A stretch of 64,000 nt of DNA, from positions 17,422,001 to 17,486,000 of the forward strand of contig OZ024760.1 of NCBI GenBank assembly GCA_964016885.1, given 5' to 3'. Shown here one piece after another: positions 41,841 through 56,726 of the stretch (the stretch's first letter is position 1; each line of letters starts with the position of its first letter). The DNA comes from Eledone cirrhosa. Its lineage: Eukaryota. Under the pieces are notes generated by a model that worked only from the letters and a program-made list of their open reading frames with translations, was not told the DNA's origin and did not search any database. Position numbers and translations under genes: made by a program.

Positions 41841-41874
41841 CACCTGAAGAAGGGCTTATGCCCGAAACGTCGTT
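41841..41874 (+). ncRNA. Minimal hammerhead motif (Penelope-like), weak stem I
   Basis: CTGAAGA-A-GGGC-ttat-GCCC-GAAA-CG-TC. Confidence 0.6.
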
Positions 41875-41960
41875 CCCCTTACCTCCACCCCACTCTCAAG
41901 AGCGTGAAATTAATAAACCTTTGTTTGTACTGCCTCTCTGTTTCGTTCCCGTTCAATTTT

Positions 41961-42033
<73 letters not shown>

Positions 42034-42049
42034 ATGTATGTATATATGT

Positions 42050-42245
42050 CTGCACTTGTCATCACATGGTACCATGGGCCCAGCACTATGTGTCAGTAAT
42101 TGTCACAAGTGTAGTGTTTGTAGCAGAGTTTTCAAGTCGCTGGCTGGACGAAAAAGTCACACTCGTTCAGCGCAACAGTAGGGTTTTCTCCTACATGGAT
42201 ATAAAGTAGTGGCCGTACTCGAAAACGAGTTGGCAGCCACCATGT
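42050..42245 (+). mobile_element. RTE LINE 3' end with terminal C2H2-like finger
   Basis: CSVCSRVFKSLAGRKSHTR followed by the 3' stem-loop ACTCG-aaaa-CGAGT. Confidence 0.6.
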
Positions 42246-42386
42246 ATATATGTATATATATATATATGTATGTATGTATGTATGTATATATATATACATA
42301 TATATATATATGTATTTTGACGCTATAGTCACTTATATATTATGAAATACTGTTGGCTTCACACTCACAATAATTTCTATACTTTA

Positions 42387-42466
<80 letters not shown>

Positions 42467-42590
42467 AAAAGAAATCAAAAATGCAACTGGAGTCTTTTTA
42501 AGAATATTTATTTATTTCCTTTACCGGTTTCACAGTTCTTATGCTTTTCAAAAGTAGAATTGAGATGGAGGGTTTGTGGTTTGTCTCGCA

Positions 42591-42621
<31 letters not shown>

Positions 42622-42632
42622 ATATATATATA

Positions 42633-42706
<74 letters not shown>

Positions 42707-43007
42707 AGAGAATGGTGGAGAGTTCAAATCTTATTAGAATCCTATTTAATTCCAAAGGGACATAATCTAGTTACTGAATAGAGAAGTTACATTCTGGGAA
42801 TCTACAGGATATCTGTGGTGAGTCCCTGAAGGACACACACACACACACACACATACGCACAGAGGCACACACACACATACACACACAAACACACATACGC
42901 ACCAGAGGCACACACACACACATATTATATATATAAACACTCACACATACACACACACACACACACATACGCACAGAGGCACACACACACATATATATAT
43001 ATATAAC

Positions 43008-43040
<33 letters not shown>

Positions 43041-43556
43041 TACGCACAGAGGCACACACCACACACATATATATATATAAACACTCACACATACACACAG
43101 CTATTTATGATATCAAGAGAATCGAATCTATAATCTATATTCGTCGCCATCATCATCATCATCATCTTCTTCAGAAGGAGCAGCAACAGTTGTGACACTA
43201 AACTACATATATACACAATTATATACATATATGGTTACATACACACACACACACACATATATATATGTGTGTGTGTATATATATATATATTTATATATGT
43301 ATATATATATGTATATATATATATATACATATATATATGTATATATATATATGTATGTATATATATATGTGTATATATATATATATTATAATATATATAA
43401 TATATGTATATATATGTATATATATGTATATATATATATATATATAATATATATATACATCATATTTATATATACATCATATATATATATATATATGATT
43501 TATATACATATATATATATGCATAAATAAATACACACCTAACACAAACACACAGAA

Positions 43557-43587
<31 letters not shown>

Positions 43588-44129
43588 CATGCACACATAC
43601 TGCTTAAAATAAAACGAAACAGCGCCATTTAGAAAGACGAGAATTGACAGGAAGAACAAAACACGTGACCAACACAAAAACAGCCAAACAATAGGAAACA
43701 ACAAAAACAACAAACAAACAACGATACAAGATAAACAAAATAAAAAACAAACAGCAAACAACAAAACAATAGACGTATAAAGTAAACAACAACAACAACA
43801 ACAACATAAATATGAAGTAAATAACAAACAACAACAACAACAACATAAATATGAAGTAAATAATAACAGCAACAACAAAATAAATATGAAGTGAATAACA
43901 AAACAACAACAACAACAGAAATATGATGAAGGACCCAGAGAGTGAAAGTGAAAGTAAAAATGACAGTTATGAAAAATAAAAAAGCGGGAAAAAATGTTTT
44001 TGTGAGATGACAATAAAGATGATTAGAGTGTGTTTGTGGATGGGACATCTAACTAGGATTTCACCTTCTATGAATTGGTGCAATGATTGTAACTAACAAC
44101 AAATATATGTATATATATGTATATATATG

Positions 44130-44228
<99 letters not shown>

Positions 44229-44312
44229 TCTGTGTGCGTGTATATATGTATATATATATATATATATATGTGCTTTCTAGGAGTCTGTGTATGTGGAAAA
44301 CCATGTTTTCTC

Positions 44313-44448
<136 letters not shown>

Positions 44449-44520
44449 TATACATGTATGTATATATATATATATATGCTTTCTAGGAGTCTGTGTATGT
44501 GTAAAACCATGTTTTCTCTC

Positions 44521-44611
<91 letters not shown>

Positions 44612-44753
44612 GCTCTCTAGGGCTGTGCGTGTGTGTGTATAGAAACAGTTATATTTGAGTGTATATATAAATAGATATTCACTGTAACTTCTCGTCTACA
44701 CTGCATAGCCGTATGATTACACCAACACACACACATATATGTGTGTGGGTATG

Positions 44754-44787
<34 letters not shown>

Positions 44788-44803
44788 CATATACATATAT
44801 ATG

Positions 44804-44835
<32 letters not shown>

Positions 44836-44970
44836 CATATATATGTATATATGTATATATATTTATATATATATATTTATATGTATATATATATACATAT
44901 ATATATATACATATATATACATATATAACATGTTATCCATGTGCAACCTGCAGTATTCTTCTCCCCATTT

Positions 44971-45367
<397 letters not shown>

Positions 45368-45630
45368 AAAAAAAAAAAAAATGTTTTTCTTCTCTCAAAA
45401 TGTAAATGTTATTCAGGGGACTAATCAATGATGGAACAGTGAACAGAGAGTGTATATATTACAGTCTTGTGTGTATAGTGTATATATTACGCACCGTGGG
45501 GGAAGAGTGTCGGTATATATTACATTTTCGTGTGGTTCGATGAATAAAATGTTTATATGAATGAAAATTGAAAACTGAAAACTTGTTTATGAAAAGAAGC
45601 TGCGTACGTATGTATATCTGCATATCACCC

Positions 45631-45742
<112 letters not shown>

Positions 45743-45860
45743 GATGAAATATATGGAGAATAGAAATGGCTGTGTAGTTGCTATTTAAGGTAACTTAAAA
45801 TGCAGTGGGAATACGAAAAAAACAAGAACGGGGGAGGGGGGGGGGGGTTTCCTCATCAGT

Positions 45861-45911
<51 letters not shown>

Positions 45912-45946
45912 ATACACACACACACACATATATATATATATATGTA

Positions 45947-46000
<54 letters not shown>

Positions 46001-46012
46001 AATGTATATATG

Positions 46013-46048
<36 letters not shown>

Positions 46049-46170
46049 CATATATATGTATATATATGTGTGTATGTATATGTATATATATATATATATA
46101 TATACAAGTTTATCCCGGGTTCAATCGGGGCTAACCGCAGTAAGGTACTCAATATAAAGCAGAGTATAAA

Positions 46171-46283
46171 TATTTAATATGGAAAGGCTTCTACAGGACT
46201 AGAACTGTTTCATTTGGGAGAAAGCATTGATTTCTCCCGAATGAAACAGTTCTAGTCCTGTAGAAGCCTTTCTATATTAAATA
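46171..46283. repeat. About 53-bp-arm palindrome with GAAAC box near the apex
   Basis: ...CTAGAACTGTTTCATTTGGGAGAAA-gcattga-TTTCTCCCGAATGAAACAGTTCTAG... Confidence 0.85.
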
Positions 46284-46292
46284 TATATATAT

Positions 46293-46434
46293 AACAAAGA
46301 AAGTGTGAAAAGAAATCAGGTGGACCATAACGCATCAGAGTACTCAATACTTAGGGTAATAGAGTGGGTGATAGGAAAAGAGTCAGGATCCCAACGGCCG
46401 GAGCTCAGCCGCCGGGGTCCTGACGCTTTTCCTA
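46293..46434. mobile_element. Family A fold-back element
   Basis: Same tail as 26296; the inverted arm ends TTTTCCTA. Confidence 0.72.
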
Positions 46435-46470
46435 CATATATATATATATGTGTGTGTGTGGTGTGTATAT

Positions 46471-46654
46471 ATAATTGTTTCTACTTTTGGCACAAGGCCA
46501 GCAATTATCCCAGTGTATTACTGGAACTTTATTTTATCGACCCCGTAAGGATGAAAGGCAAAGTTAACCTCGGCGGGATTTGAGCTCACACCGTAAAGGG
46601 CCGTAACTCTTTGCTGCAAAGCATCGCGTGCGACCCTCTACCGATACTGCCAAT
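46471..46654 (-). mobile_element. SINE, near full length
   Basis: Family body plus ACCCTCTACCGATACTGCCAAT (reverse of the A-box region). Confidence 0.85.
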
Positions 46655-46669
46655 GAAGTAGAGTTTTAA

Positions 46670-46795
46670 TATTCATTTTATTAAGGCTAAATAGTGAGTA
46701 TTTTTACCCTGGATTTTTCGCCTGTTTATCTCTGGGATAAACAGGCGAAACTCCAGAGTAACAAGACTCACTATTTAGCCTTAATAAAATGAGTA
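46670..46795. repeat. About 60-bp-arm palindrome containing a hammerhead 3' half
   Basis: Apex GCCTGTTTATC-tctgg-GATAAACAGGC is directly followed by GAAA-CTC-ca-GAG-TA. Confidence 0.8.
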
Positions 46796-46879
46796 TATAT
46801 ATATATATATATAAATGAAGTATTTCCGTAGGAAAGGTAAAGGAAAAGAGAGTGTTCTATGTAGGCTACAGAGCTTTTT

Positions 46880-46996
46880 AGTTGTGTAATAAACAACATA
46901 AATTTTCTTCTGATGAATGAAGACAGACATAAATATCTGTCTTCAAGAAACCACTGGTAAATGAAATAATTATCTGATGTTGTTTATTACATAACT
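46880..46996 (+). ncRNA. Type I hammerhead motif with long distal stem I
   Basis: TTTCTT-CTGATGA-A-TGAAGACAGA-cataaata-TCTGTCTTCA-A-GAAA-CCA-c-TGG-TA-AATGAAA; outer pairing GTTGTGTAATAAACAACAT / ATGTTGTTTATTACATAAC. Confidence 0.7.
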
Positions 46997-49869
46997 ATAT
47001 ATATATATATGGAGTGACTCCCTGTTCTTCGAACTACGCACTCTATCGAGTAACGTTACTCCAAAGACCCTTCGGAAAAAAAACCCATTTAACCAAACAT
47101 GCTAAATCAGATTGGACGATTGAAATCTGTATGTATGTTATAAAGTATATACAGGAGGAGCTCTGTTGCATACAAAACACTGATTCATCAAAAAAATTTG
47201 AATAAAACTATTTAGAAAACAAAAACCAAAAAAATCGGCAGTATCAAAGGTTACTTTGTAGCTAAGAGAAACCAATAAAACTCCAATATTATGTTCAATA
47301 AAGAAACAAAGTTAATATAATTATAGCAGAAGAGACTTAGAATTATTTGGGAAGGAATTAATGAAGTGTACAATACACACAAATAAAAGAAAGAGTTCAC
47401 GAATGATTATTATCAAAGTGTATTAGATTAAAGCTTAAAAGAGAGCTGAATATTAGAATCTATCTAATATGTTCCTAATACACTAGAGGTTCCAGTAATG
47501 AGCTGAAGTTATAAAATATGCTAACAATTAAGGAAAGCTTAGGGAATTAGCAAAAAATAGATAATAGGAAAGTAATGGATGCATTTCAAATATTGAACAG
47601 AGAAACTAATTCACAGAAGCTGAGATATATTACAATAGTTTGAGAGAAATATGGAGACGAAGGATTCATAGAAGCTGGCATATATTACACTAGATGAAGG
47701 GAACTATGGTGTAATATGATCTATAGATAATACTGACATATATGACACCAGATGAAGTGAACTATGGAGTAATGTGATCTACAGATAATACTGACATATA
47801 TTACAATAGACTGAGAGAAACATGGAGCTCAAATGATTCATAGAAGCTGACATATTACACCAGATGAAGGAAGATATAGTGTCATGTGATTTACAGAACT
47901 GACATATATTACACCAGATGAAGTGAACTTTCATTCTATCTGACGTTCTAACGACTCTCTCACTCTATCTGACGTTCTAACGACTCTGCCATTTCGGCGC
48001 CTCTACATTAGTATATATATACACACACAAACAATAAAGAACAAAGTAGAATGTAATTACATGCGAGGAAAAAAATGGTTTCGATAGCGGAATGATTGGA
48101 AGAGGAAAAGCCCAAATAGCGTCTCACACAGACTCGGCTTTCAAAACAAAATATTCCAAATCTATTTTACACAAGTCAATATTTTTTTTCTTTTAGATTA
48201 ATTGCTGTTCACACTAGTGTGAACTTATTATAGCAGTGTTTGTGTGTGTGTATGCGTCTCTATATGTGTGTGCCTGTATGCATGTGTGCACGTGTCTCTG
48301 TATGTGTGTATATATGTATATCTGTGTGTGTGTGTACGTCTCTGTATGTCTACGTGCGTGTCTCTGTATGTGCCTGTTTGTGTGTCCCTCGCTCTCTCTC
48401 TCTCTATATATATATAGAGAGAGACACATGTATGTATGTATATATATATATACATAAGTATGTGTATGCACGTCTCTCTCTCTATATATATATATATATA
48501 TCTCAAGCTGTTTGTGTGTGTGTATATATATGTGTACGTGTCTCTATATGTATTTGTATATATATATATATATATATATGTGTGTAGGTGTATGTCTGCA
48601 TATATGTATCTGTATGTATATATATGTGTATGTACGTCTCTCGCTCTCTGCGAAATCTCAGGAAATTCTTTAATTATCCTTTTAACTGTAATGTCACGAT
48701 TCGGAAAAGAATCACAAATGAACTTTTACATGTTACGTTAGTGTTGACATAACATTGTAGTGTTGATGATGGTGGTGGTGGTGGTTATGGCGGTGGTATG
48801 TGGTGGTGGTGGTGGTATGTGGTGGTGGTAGTATGGTGGTGGTGGTGGTGGTTATGGCGGTGGTATGTGGTGGTGGTAGTGGTATGGTGGTGGTGGTATG
48901 TGGTGGTGGTGGCGGTATGGTGGTGGTGGTATGTGGTGGTGGTATGTGGTGGTGGTAAGTTGGTGGTGGTGGTGGTATGTGGTGGTGGTAGTATGGTGGT
49001 GGTGGTAGTAAGTTGGTGGTGGTGGTTGTATGTGATGGTGATAGTATGCTGGTGGTGGTAGTATGGTGGTGGTAGTATGGTGGTGGTGGTGGTGGTGGTG
49101 GTAGTATAGTGGTGGTGGTAGTAAGTTGGTGGTGGTGGTGGTATGGTGGTGGTGGTGGTATGGTATGGTATGGTGGTGGTATAGAATGGTGGGTGGTGGT
49201 TATGGTGTTGGTATAGTGGTATGGTGGTGGAGGTTGTATTGCTGGTGGTATGTTGTTGTTGTAGTGGCGGTGGTTGTGATGCAACAATTAATAGGTTATT
49301 TTTAGTGGTATTGATGGTGCTAGATTTGTGCGTGCATGGGCGTGTATTCACGCACGCACACACACACATATATATATATATATATACACACATATATACA
49401 CACACACACACATTATATATATATACACACACACGTTATATTCGATGTGTGCGTGCTTGTTTATAAATTTTTTAATTTAGAAAGTTATCAAAAATATTTT
49501 CCTCCAGAATTTTCCACCACCACCTTCACCCCCCCCCCCACACACACACTCAGACATATAGACACGAACACCAGACACACACGTACACGTACATACACAC
49601 TTAGAAGCACACGAAATAATTATCAATAAATGGTGTCGCTCGATAGCAAGATAAGAAGACTCAGTGAACATTATTGAACAGTTATTAAGTAGATGAAATC
49701 TTCTTAATATTTACAGCAATTCCCTGTAAATCCTCAACATAAACACACAATGTCTTCCACAGTCTCCTTATTTTTGGTATTAACTACACATTTATTTCTG
49801 ACAGTCACGTCTCTCCAGAGAAAATAAAGTAAAGCATTCTGAAACTAACGAAAAAAGAAGAAAAAAGCT

Positions 49870-50730
49870 GAGTGTTTGTAACTCCACCCATCACCAGTGT
49901 AGTGTGCATTGCTCCACCCACCACTAGTGTTTATAGCTTCACCTTAGTGTTCATAGCTCCACCCATCACCAGTGTAGTGTGCATTGCTCCACCCACTACA
50001 AGTGTTCACAGCTCCACCCACCACTAGTGTTCATAGCTCCACCCATCACCAGTGTACTGTGCATTGCTCCACCCACTACAAGTGTTCACAGCTCCACCCA
50101 CCACTAGTGTTCATAGCTCCACCCATCACCAGTGTAGCGTGCATTGCTCCACCCACCACTAGTGTTTATAGCTTCACCTTAGTGTTCATAGCTCCACCCA
50201 TCACCAGTGTAGTGTGCATTGCTCCACCCACCACGAGTGTTTATAGCTTCACCTTAGTGTTCATAGCTCCACCCACCACCAGTATTCTTAACTCCACCTA
50301 CCACTAGTGTTCACAGCTCCACCCACCACCAGTATTCTTAACTTCACCCACCACTAGTGTCCATAGCTCCACCCACCACCAGTATTCTTAACTCCACCTA
50401 CCACTAGTGTTCATAGCTCCACCCATCACCAGTGTAGTGTGCATTGCTCCACCCACTACAAGTGTTCACAGCTCCACCCACCACCAGTATTCTTAACTCC
50501 ACCTACCACTAGTGTTCACAGCTCCACCCACTAGTGTTTATAGCTTCACCCACTACCAGTGTGCATAGCTCCACCCACCACAAGTGATCCAGCTTCACTC
50601 ACAACTGTTTATAGTTTCACCCAACAGTGTACATAGCTTCACCTGTGTTCATCACTCCGCCCACCTGTGTTCATCACTCCGCCCACCAGTGTTCATCACT
50701 CCGCCCACCCCCAATGCTCATAGCTTCACC
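49870..50730. repeat. Complex minisatellite, about 25-30-bp units
   Basis: GCTCCACCCA(C/T)CAC(T/C)AGTGT recurs with higher-order variants. Confidence 0.9.
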
Positions 50731-52672
50731 TAAGAATTTGAAAAAGTACTGGCTTTATGGGAGCCATACAAAAATAATTTCCTCAGAGTCTAACGAGTCC
50801 TAGTTACGTCACAAAATGACCAAATGAGGTTCATTTTTCAACATAGTTCCAGGAAAGAAACAATGCAGTTATTTAATAAGAAGAGTTGAAATTAAGGTAC
50901 GCAAGATTCCACAGCTCTAACATCACTCCTTCGTAGTCAGTTTATGCAAACTCTGATAGAACTAAATTAATCTGTTCAAACTTCTTAAGAGTGCAAACGT
51001 TGGCAATGTGTAAGAATTAATAAAAGTACAATACAGATAGAATGGAGGTTAAATTTCTACTTAACCCTTATGTATATTGAAATCTTTTGTGTTTGTCTAT
51101 GTATAATATATGTTAATTTATGCATGCAGCATCCGCCTTCATATATCTATATGTATATATATGCATATATAACTATGTGTATGTTGTAATTTACTATATT
51201 GGGATTCATAGAGGACGCGTGGAAATTAATCACACGCACACACTAAAAGACATACAAACACATATGCTAAAAGAAAAAAAGCACACGCATAATATATACA
51301 TATCTATTACTACACACATACATTCATAAACACACACACACACACACACATCGCAATTCCAAGGAGGTTGAAGAAAGGTTGCACTTAAAAGGTCAAACAG
51401 GAAAGGTTATGGCCAGCCACACTAATAGATCTAGACAGCTATATATAAATATATACATACTAACACACTCATTCTTAAGTAAATATCTTGGCATGCACAC
51501 ATGCATGCGCGTGTGTGTAATTGCGATGAAACAAATTGAAGATTAAAAAAATATCACACACACACATTATATATATATATATATATTATATATATATATA
51601 TATATATACATACATACATACTGCATGTGTGACTATTCTCTCTAGTTGAAGTGTTTTTTTAAGTTTATCTTACTAAATAAAATACCAATATGATATAATG
51701 TCAATTTCTTTTCATCAAAAGGTTTGTTCTAATGTTACTTCAGGTTTCACACAAGTATCGTTATATATATATCATTATGTATACCTGTTGTAGGGCAATG
51801 GATTGGTAGTATTGGTAGAGCATTGATCAACATGCTTAGCAACATAGCATGACGGTCCTTTATGTTCTGCCTTCAAATTCTGATAAGATTAGCTTTGGCT
51901 TTCATCCTTAATGTTACCCAAAGTGTTTGTACACACATTACCCTAAGTGCCTGTATATTGACTACCAAGGATTTTCTGTACAATACCCAAACCAATGTCT
52001 CTACACACTGGTCACCCAAAGTCTGTTTACCCCCCATATCTTTCATGCAGATACATGTTGGATGAAGGTTGGAGCTTATGTTTTCAGAGAACATTACAAG
52101 ACAGAATACAAGAGCATCCAATAAAATTTCTAGCAAGATATTTTTCTGGATCTTCATTCGGAGTTCAAATCTCCTCTAGTCTGTTGGGTGGCAAACTCTC
52201 AATCTGTCATCCATAACCCATTACCTGTTTAACAGAACTAGTTGGTCGCTAGAGTGGTAAACTTAACCCATTGTCTGTTTAACACCAGCATCTGGCCTAG
52301 GATTTGGTAGACTTCTGTTGCCTACTTAACACCACCACTTGGCTCATAGACACTTTTAGGAGAGTCCATTTTGTTGTAAGCTTTCAGAGAAGGTTTCCTA
52401 GGAATATCTTCAACTTAATAAGCAGGGTGGTGTGGGGGCAGACGATTATTCGAGATCCATGAGTGAACAAAGAAAAGAAAGAAAGTAAACCAGGAAGTCA
52501 ACAAAGGCTTCTAACCCTACATATATTTTGATATCCCGGTTTTATTATCAAATTCCATTGGTATTTATTTCAAAATTACAAATTAAAAATAATGATAAAA
52601 TAATGATATATGTGTATATATATATATATATATATACACATGTATATATGCATATATATATATACATGTATA

Positions 52673-52713
<41 letters not shown>

Positions 52714-52777
52714 ACACATATATATATATATACATACACATTTATATATATGCATATATATATATATAATGTACACT

Positions 52778-52815
<38 letters not shown>

Positions 52816-53656
52816 TTATATTTGTGATAAATCATAAAAAAATAATTCATTTGAATTGAGTAGATCAAAATTTTGGTAAGCAGAGAGAGGGGGGGGGGGA
52901 GAAAGGTGAGAGAGAGGGGTAGGGGAGAAAGGTGAGAGATAGAGGGAAGGAGGAAGAGAAAGAGAGAGATGTGTTGTGTAGTTAATAATTGCCTTTAATC
53001 TAGACACAAAGCTGACAGTTTTGGGAAGAAAAGAAAGCTGATTACTTTGACCACTTTCTGCCCCAAGTAGGTAACTGGTACTTTATTTTATCGAACACCA
53101 GAAGGAAGGAAGAAAGGTAAAGTTCAACCTCTGTGGAATTTGAAACCATAGAAAGTTATAATGAAATGCTGTGAAGCTCTACCGATTCTGCCAACCCACT
53201 GCACTAAGTAATAATTAGCAAGATAAATGTCTATTAAAAAACAAATTAACTAAAAACAATCTTTAGAAGTGACGGGTTTATTGTTAAAAGATAAGGCAAC
53301 AATACAGATCAGTGAAATGATAGAATTCTTTTACATAGCTAGACTTTGGAGATAAATTTATTGCTAAGTAGTTGACACTTGCCATTTCATACCAGCTTTT
53401 CTCTATTCTATTTTCATTTCCCCTCAGAGGTTTAAACGATAAGGTCGCCAGTCCTGTTATGAAAAGCACCACGGAATGAAGTGTCTTGCTCAATCAAGAA
53501 GAACACAATATACTGTCCACTTAAGGAATTGAACTTACATACTGACCATATGATTTGGGGAGTTTAACACCGTAACCACTAGGCCACACACCTTCACAGA
53601 TAGATAGATTGATAGACAGAGAGAGAAAGATAGAAAAACCAAGAGGACAATGTTAA

Positions 53657-53915
53657 CCTTTTAGCATTTAAATTGGTCATATCCGGCCAGAATTCTCTCA
53701 CCGCTTTCTGTTCAAACTGGTCATAACTGGCTGCTCATACTTATGTTAAGGTATTATTCTCAAAATATATAATATCAAAGGCTGCTCATACTTATGTTAA
53801 GGTATTATTCTCAAAATATATAATATCAAAATCTCATAGATTCGATATTATGTGAGGTAAAACCTTTACCATGAAAATACAATAGTAAATATAGAGTTAT
53901 GTAAATGCTAAAGGG
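53657..53915. mobile_element. piggyBac-type MITE
   Basis: TTAA|CCTTTTAGCATTTA ... TAAATGCTAAAGGG|TTAA; internal tandem duplication of about 50 bp. Confidence 0.8.
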
Positions 53916-54144
53916 TTAACATATTGTCAATAGTTGACTGTAGTGAGTGAAACAGTGTAGTAGATTACAGAGACACAAGAAGGTGAGAAATGGATGTTAG
54001 CCACCACTGCAGCCATACACATACACACAACAAATAACCTGCCTTTAATTGAATTATAATATTTAGGGGAGATGGTCAGTGGAATGAATCTTGGCATTGA
54101 AGACATGTGTGTGTGGAGAGAGAAAGATGCACTACACCAGCACA

Positions 54145-54196
<52 letters not shown>

Positions 54197-54220
54197 TACA
54201 CACAGAGTGGCATACACTAC

Positions 54221-54248
<28 letters not shown>

Positions 54249-54255
<7 letters not shown>

Positions 54256-54373
54256 TATCAAATCTTAGTTTAATACATTTAATTGCTGACAATTGACGAT
54301 GATTCCAGACATCCGTCTGGAAGAAACAATTGTCAGCAATTAAATGTATTAAACTAAGATTTGATTGTTTTAT
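54249..54373. repeat. About 47-bp-arm palindrome enclosing a 5'-truncated hammerhead
   Basis: Loop reads ACGATGA-TTCCAGAC-atcc-GTCTGGAA-GAAA, then CAATTG-TC-AGCAATT in the right arm; homologous to 14573-14621. Confidence 0.8.
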
Positions 54374-54970
54374 ATTTTGTATCTCGGCTCTGTAATACAT
54401 TTGATAATTTACATTGAGCCTTTTCTCTTACCGGTAACTGGCTAGTACTTAGTACTACCATCCATATTTATAATTGTATATAAACCATATATAAGTATAA
54501 ATATTATTATTATTACTATATATATATATATATATACATACATACACACATGTATATACACATATACATATATATACACACACACGTATTACACATACAC
54601 ATATATATATGTATACATAGATATATACTTACATACATACACAGAAGCATATATATAATGTGCGTGTGTGTGTGTGTTTGTATTTTGTTCAGATAAAACA
54701 AGTAGAAAACCTGCTAAGCAGGATGACTTCAGATGAATTATACCCGACATAAACACAAACTGTGGGTAAATGAGGTTAACTTTTCAGGTAAACTAAAGGT
54801 AAGGAGTAGTACCGAGAATAGTTAGGAGTTGTGAAGGATGTTTCACATTCTAAAGTGTCTTAAGCCATCAAAGGATCGTTAGGCCAGTGCCAAAACTTGG
54901 AAAGCCATTTTGGTAAACTATTTTAATCTGAAGGGAGACAACCTAGTTCGAGGCGGAATATTTTCAGGAT

Positions 54971-55347
54971 ATAATTGTTTCTACTTTTGGCACAAGGCCA
55001 GCAATTACCCAGTATATTACTGGTACTTTATTTTATTGACCCCGTAAGGATGACAGGCAAAGTTAACCTCGGCGGGATTTGAACTCAGAATGGGAAAGGC
55101 CGTAACTCTATGCGTCAAAGCATGGCGTCCGACCTTCTACCGATACTGCCAATCCACCCTAGGTTTCTGATTTAGAGGCCATCAATTTTAGGGTGGAGAA
55201 GGAAGTCGATTAAATTGACCCCAGTGCATTACTGGTACTTTATTTTATCGATCTCTGTAAAGATGAAAGGCAAAGCTAACCTTGGCGTACCGTAACTAAT
55301 GCCACAAACCATGTTGCCCGACACTCTACTGATTCTCCTGCCAATCC
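54971..55347 (-). mobile_element. Two tandem SINEs (one intact, one degenerate)
   Basis: Family body twice, each ending in CTGCCAATCCA. Confidence 0.8.
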
Positions 55348-55756
55348 ATCATGGTTTCTGATTTAGTTAACCTGCTATATATATTAAATACTTTAACACT
55401 AACCTAGTCGCCACTTATTAACCAGCTACATATATTAAATATTTAAACATTAACTTAGTATTAGTTAACCTGTTACATATATTAAATACCTTAACATCAA
55501 CTTAGTTGCTACTAGTTAACCTGCTTCTTTTTGCTCTTGCTCAACAGGGCTGCGGTCATCCTAAGCCAGTGACCCCAAAGCATTGTTGTGTGTAGAGTCG
55601 ACTAGGTCTACCAGCGCCCTGCCCTCTATATTTTAACATTAACCTAGTTGCTATTGTTTCACTGAGGTTAATTTCTAATGCAGGCTTCTGTGTCTAAAAT
55701 AATTACACAACACATACTATATACACACACACATACATGCATGCATGCACAATTAA

Positions 55757-56312
55757 CCCTTTAGCATTTAAACCGGTCATGTGGCCAGAATTCTCTCACC
55801 TCTTTCTGTTCAAACTGGCTATAACCAGCCCCTTATACTGATGTTAAGGTATTATTCTCAAAATAAATATCAAAATTTCATAGATTTGATACTATGTGAG
55901 ATAAAGCCTTTACCACAGAAATATAATAGTATATATTCTAATTTTTTACTTTCTTTTTTTTTAGTCCCGCAACACCTGATAGAGTCGTATAGGGATGCCA
56001 TATTGACATACAGCGTTTCTTGGGCATTTTAAGCCTGTGGAGCTCATCCCTCTCCAGGGGCCCCGAGTACAGTAGATTTCTTCCAGAGAAAGATAGAAAG
56101 TGAGAGAGAGGAAATGAGAAAGAGACATAGAGGAAGAATCGACCCCAGTACTAGACTGGTATTTTTTTTTTTATCGACTTCGAAAGGATGAAAGGCAAAG
56201 TTGACCTTGGCGGGTTTGAACTCAGAGAGCCAGAACGAATACCATAAAGCATTCTAATGACTGCCAACTGGCCACCTAATAGTATATATAGAGTAATGTA
56301 AATGTTAAAGGG
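55757..56312. mobile_element. piggyBac-type MITE interrupted by a 340-bp retroposon (55937-56276)
   Basis: TTAA|CCCTTTAGCATTTA ... TAAATGTTAAAGGG; the insert is flanked by a 13-bp TSD TAATAGTATATAT (55924-55936, 56277-56289). Confidence 0.75.
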
Positions 56313-56726
56313 TTAGTATTTTTAGAGGGAGAGAGAGAGATATTAACATCTGTCCAATGATGCTAAAGGGTTAAGGGTCTTTAGAAGAGAGGGAGGGAGA
56401 GAAAGGATAGAAAGATCTTAACAGCTGTCCAATGATGAAAGTATTTGTGAATGAAACAACAAGAAATATTATGAACGAGAGGGAGTTGCAGTCATTCGAC
56501 TGCTTCTGTCTCCCCCATTGGCAGTAGAAGAAAAAAACACAGGAAAGGAAAGTAAAAAAAAATATATAAGATAAAAAATTGTATATATGTATATGTATGC
56601 ATGTGTGTTATGTATGTGTATGTACGTATATCAGTATGTCTGTGTGTATATTTAAGTGTGTATGTGTATATTTATGTGTATATGTATGTATATATGTTAT
56701 GTTATGTATGTGTATGTACGCGGTAA

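Noticed and set aside
47050-47620. Penelope RT coding remnant in an A-rich stretch
   Set aside because: Many stops and no diagnostic RT motif are readable by eye, so it is left uncalled.
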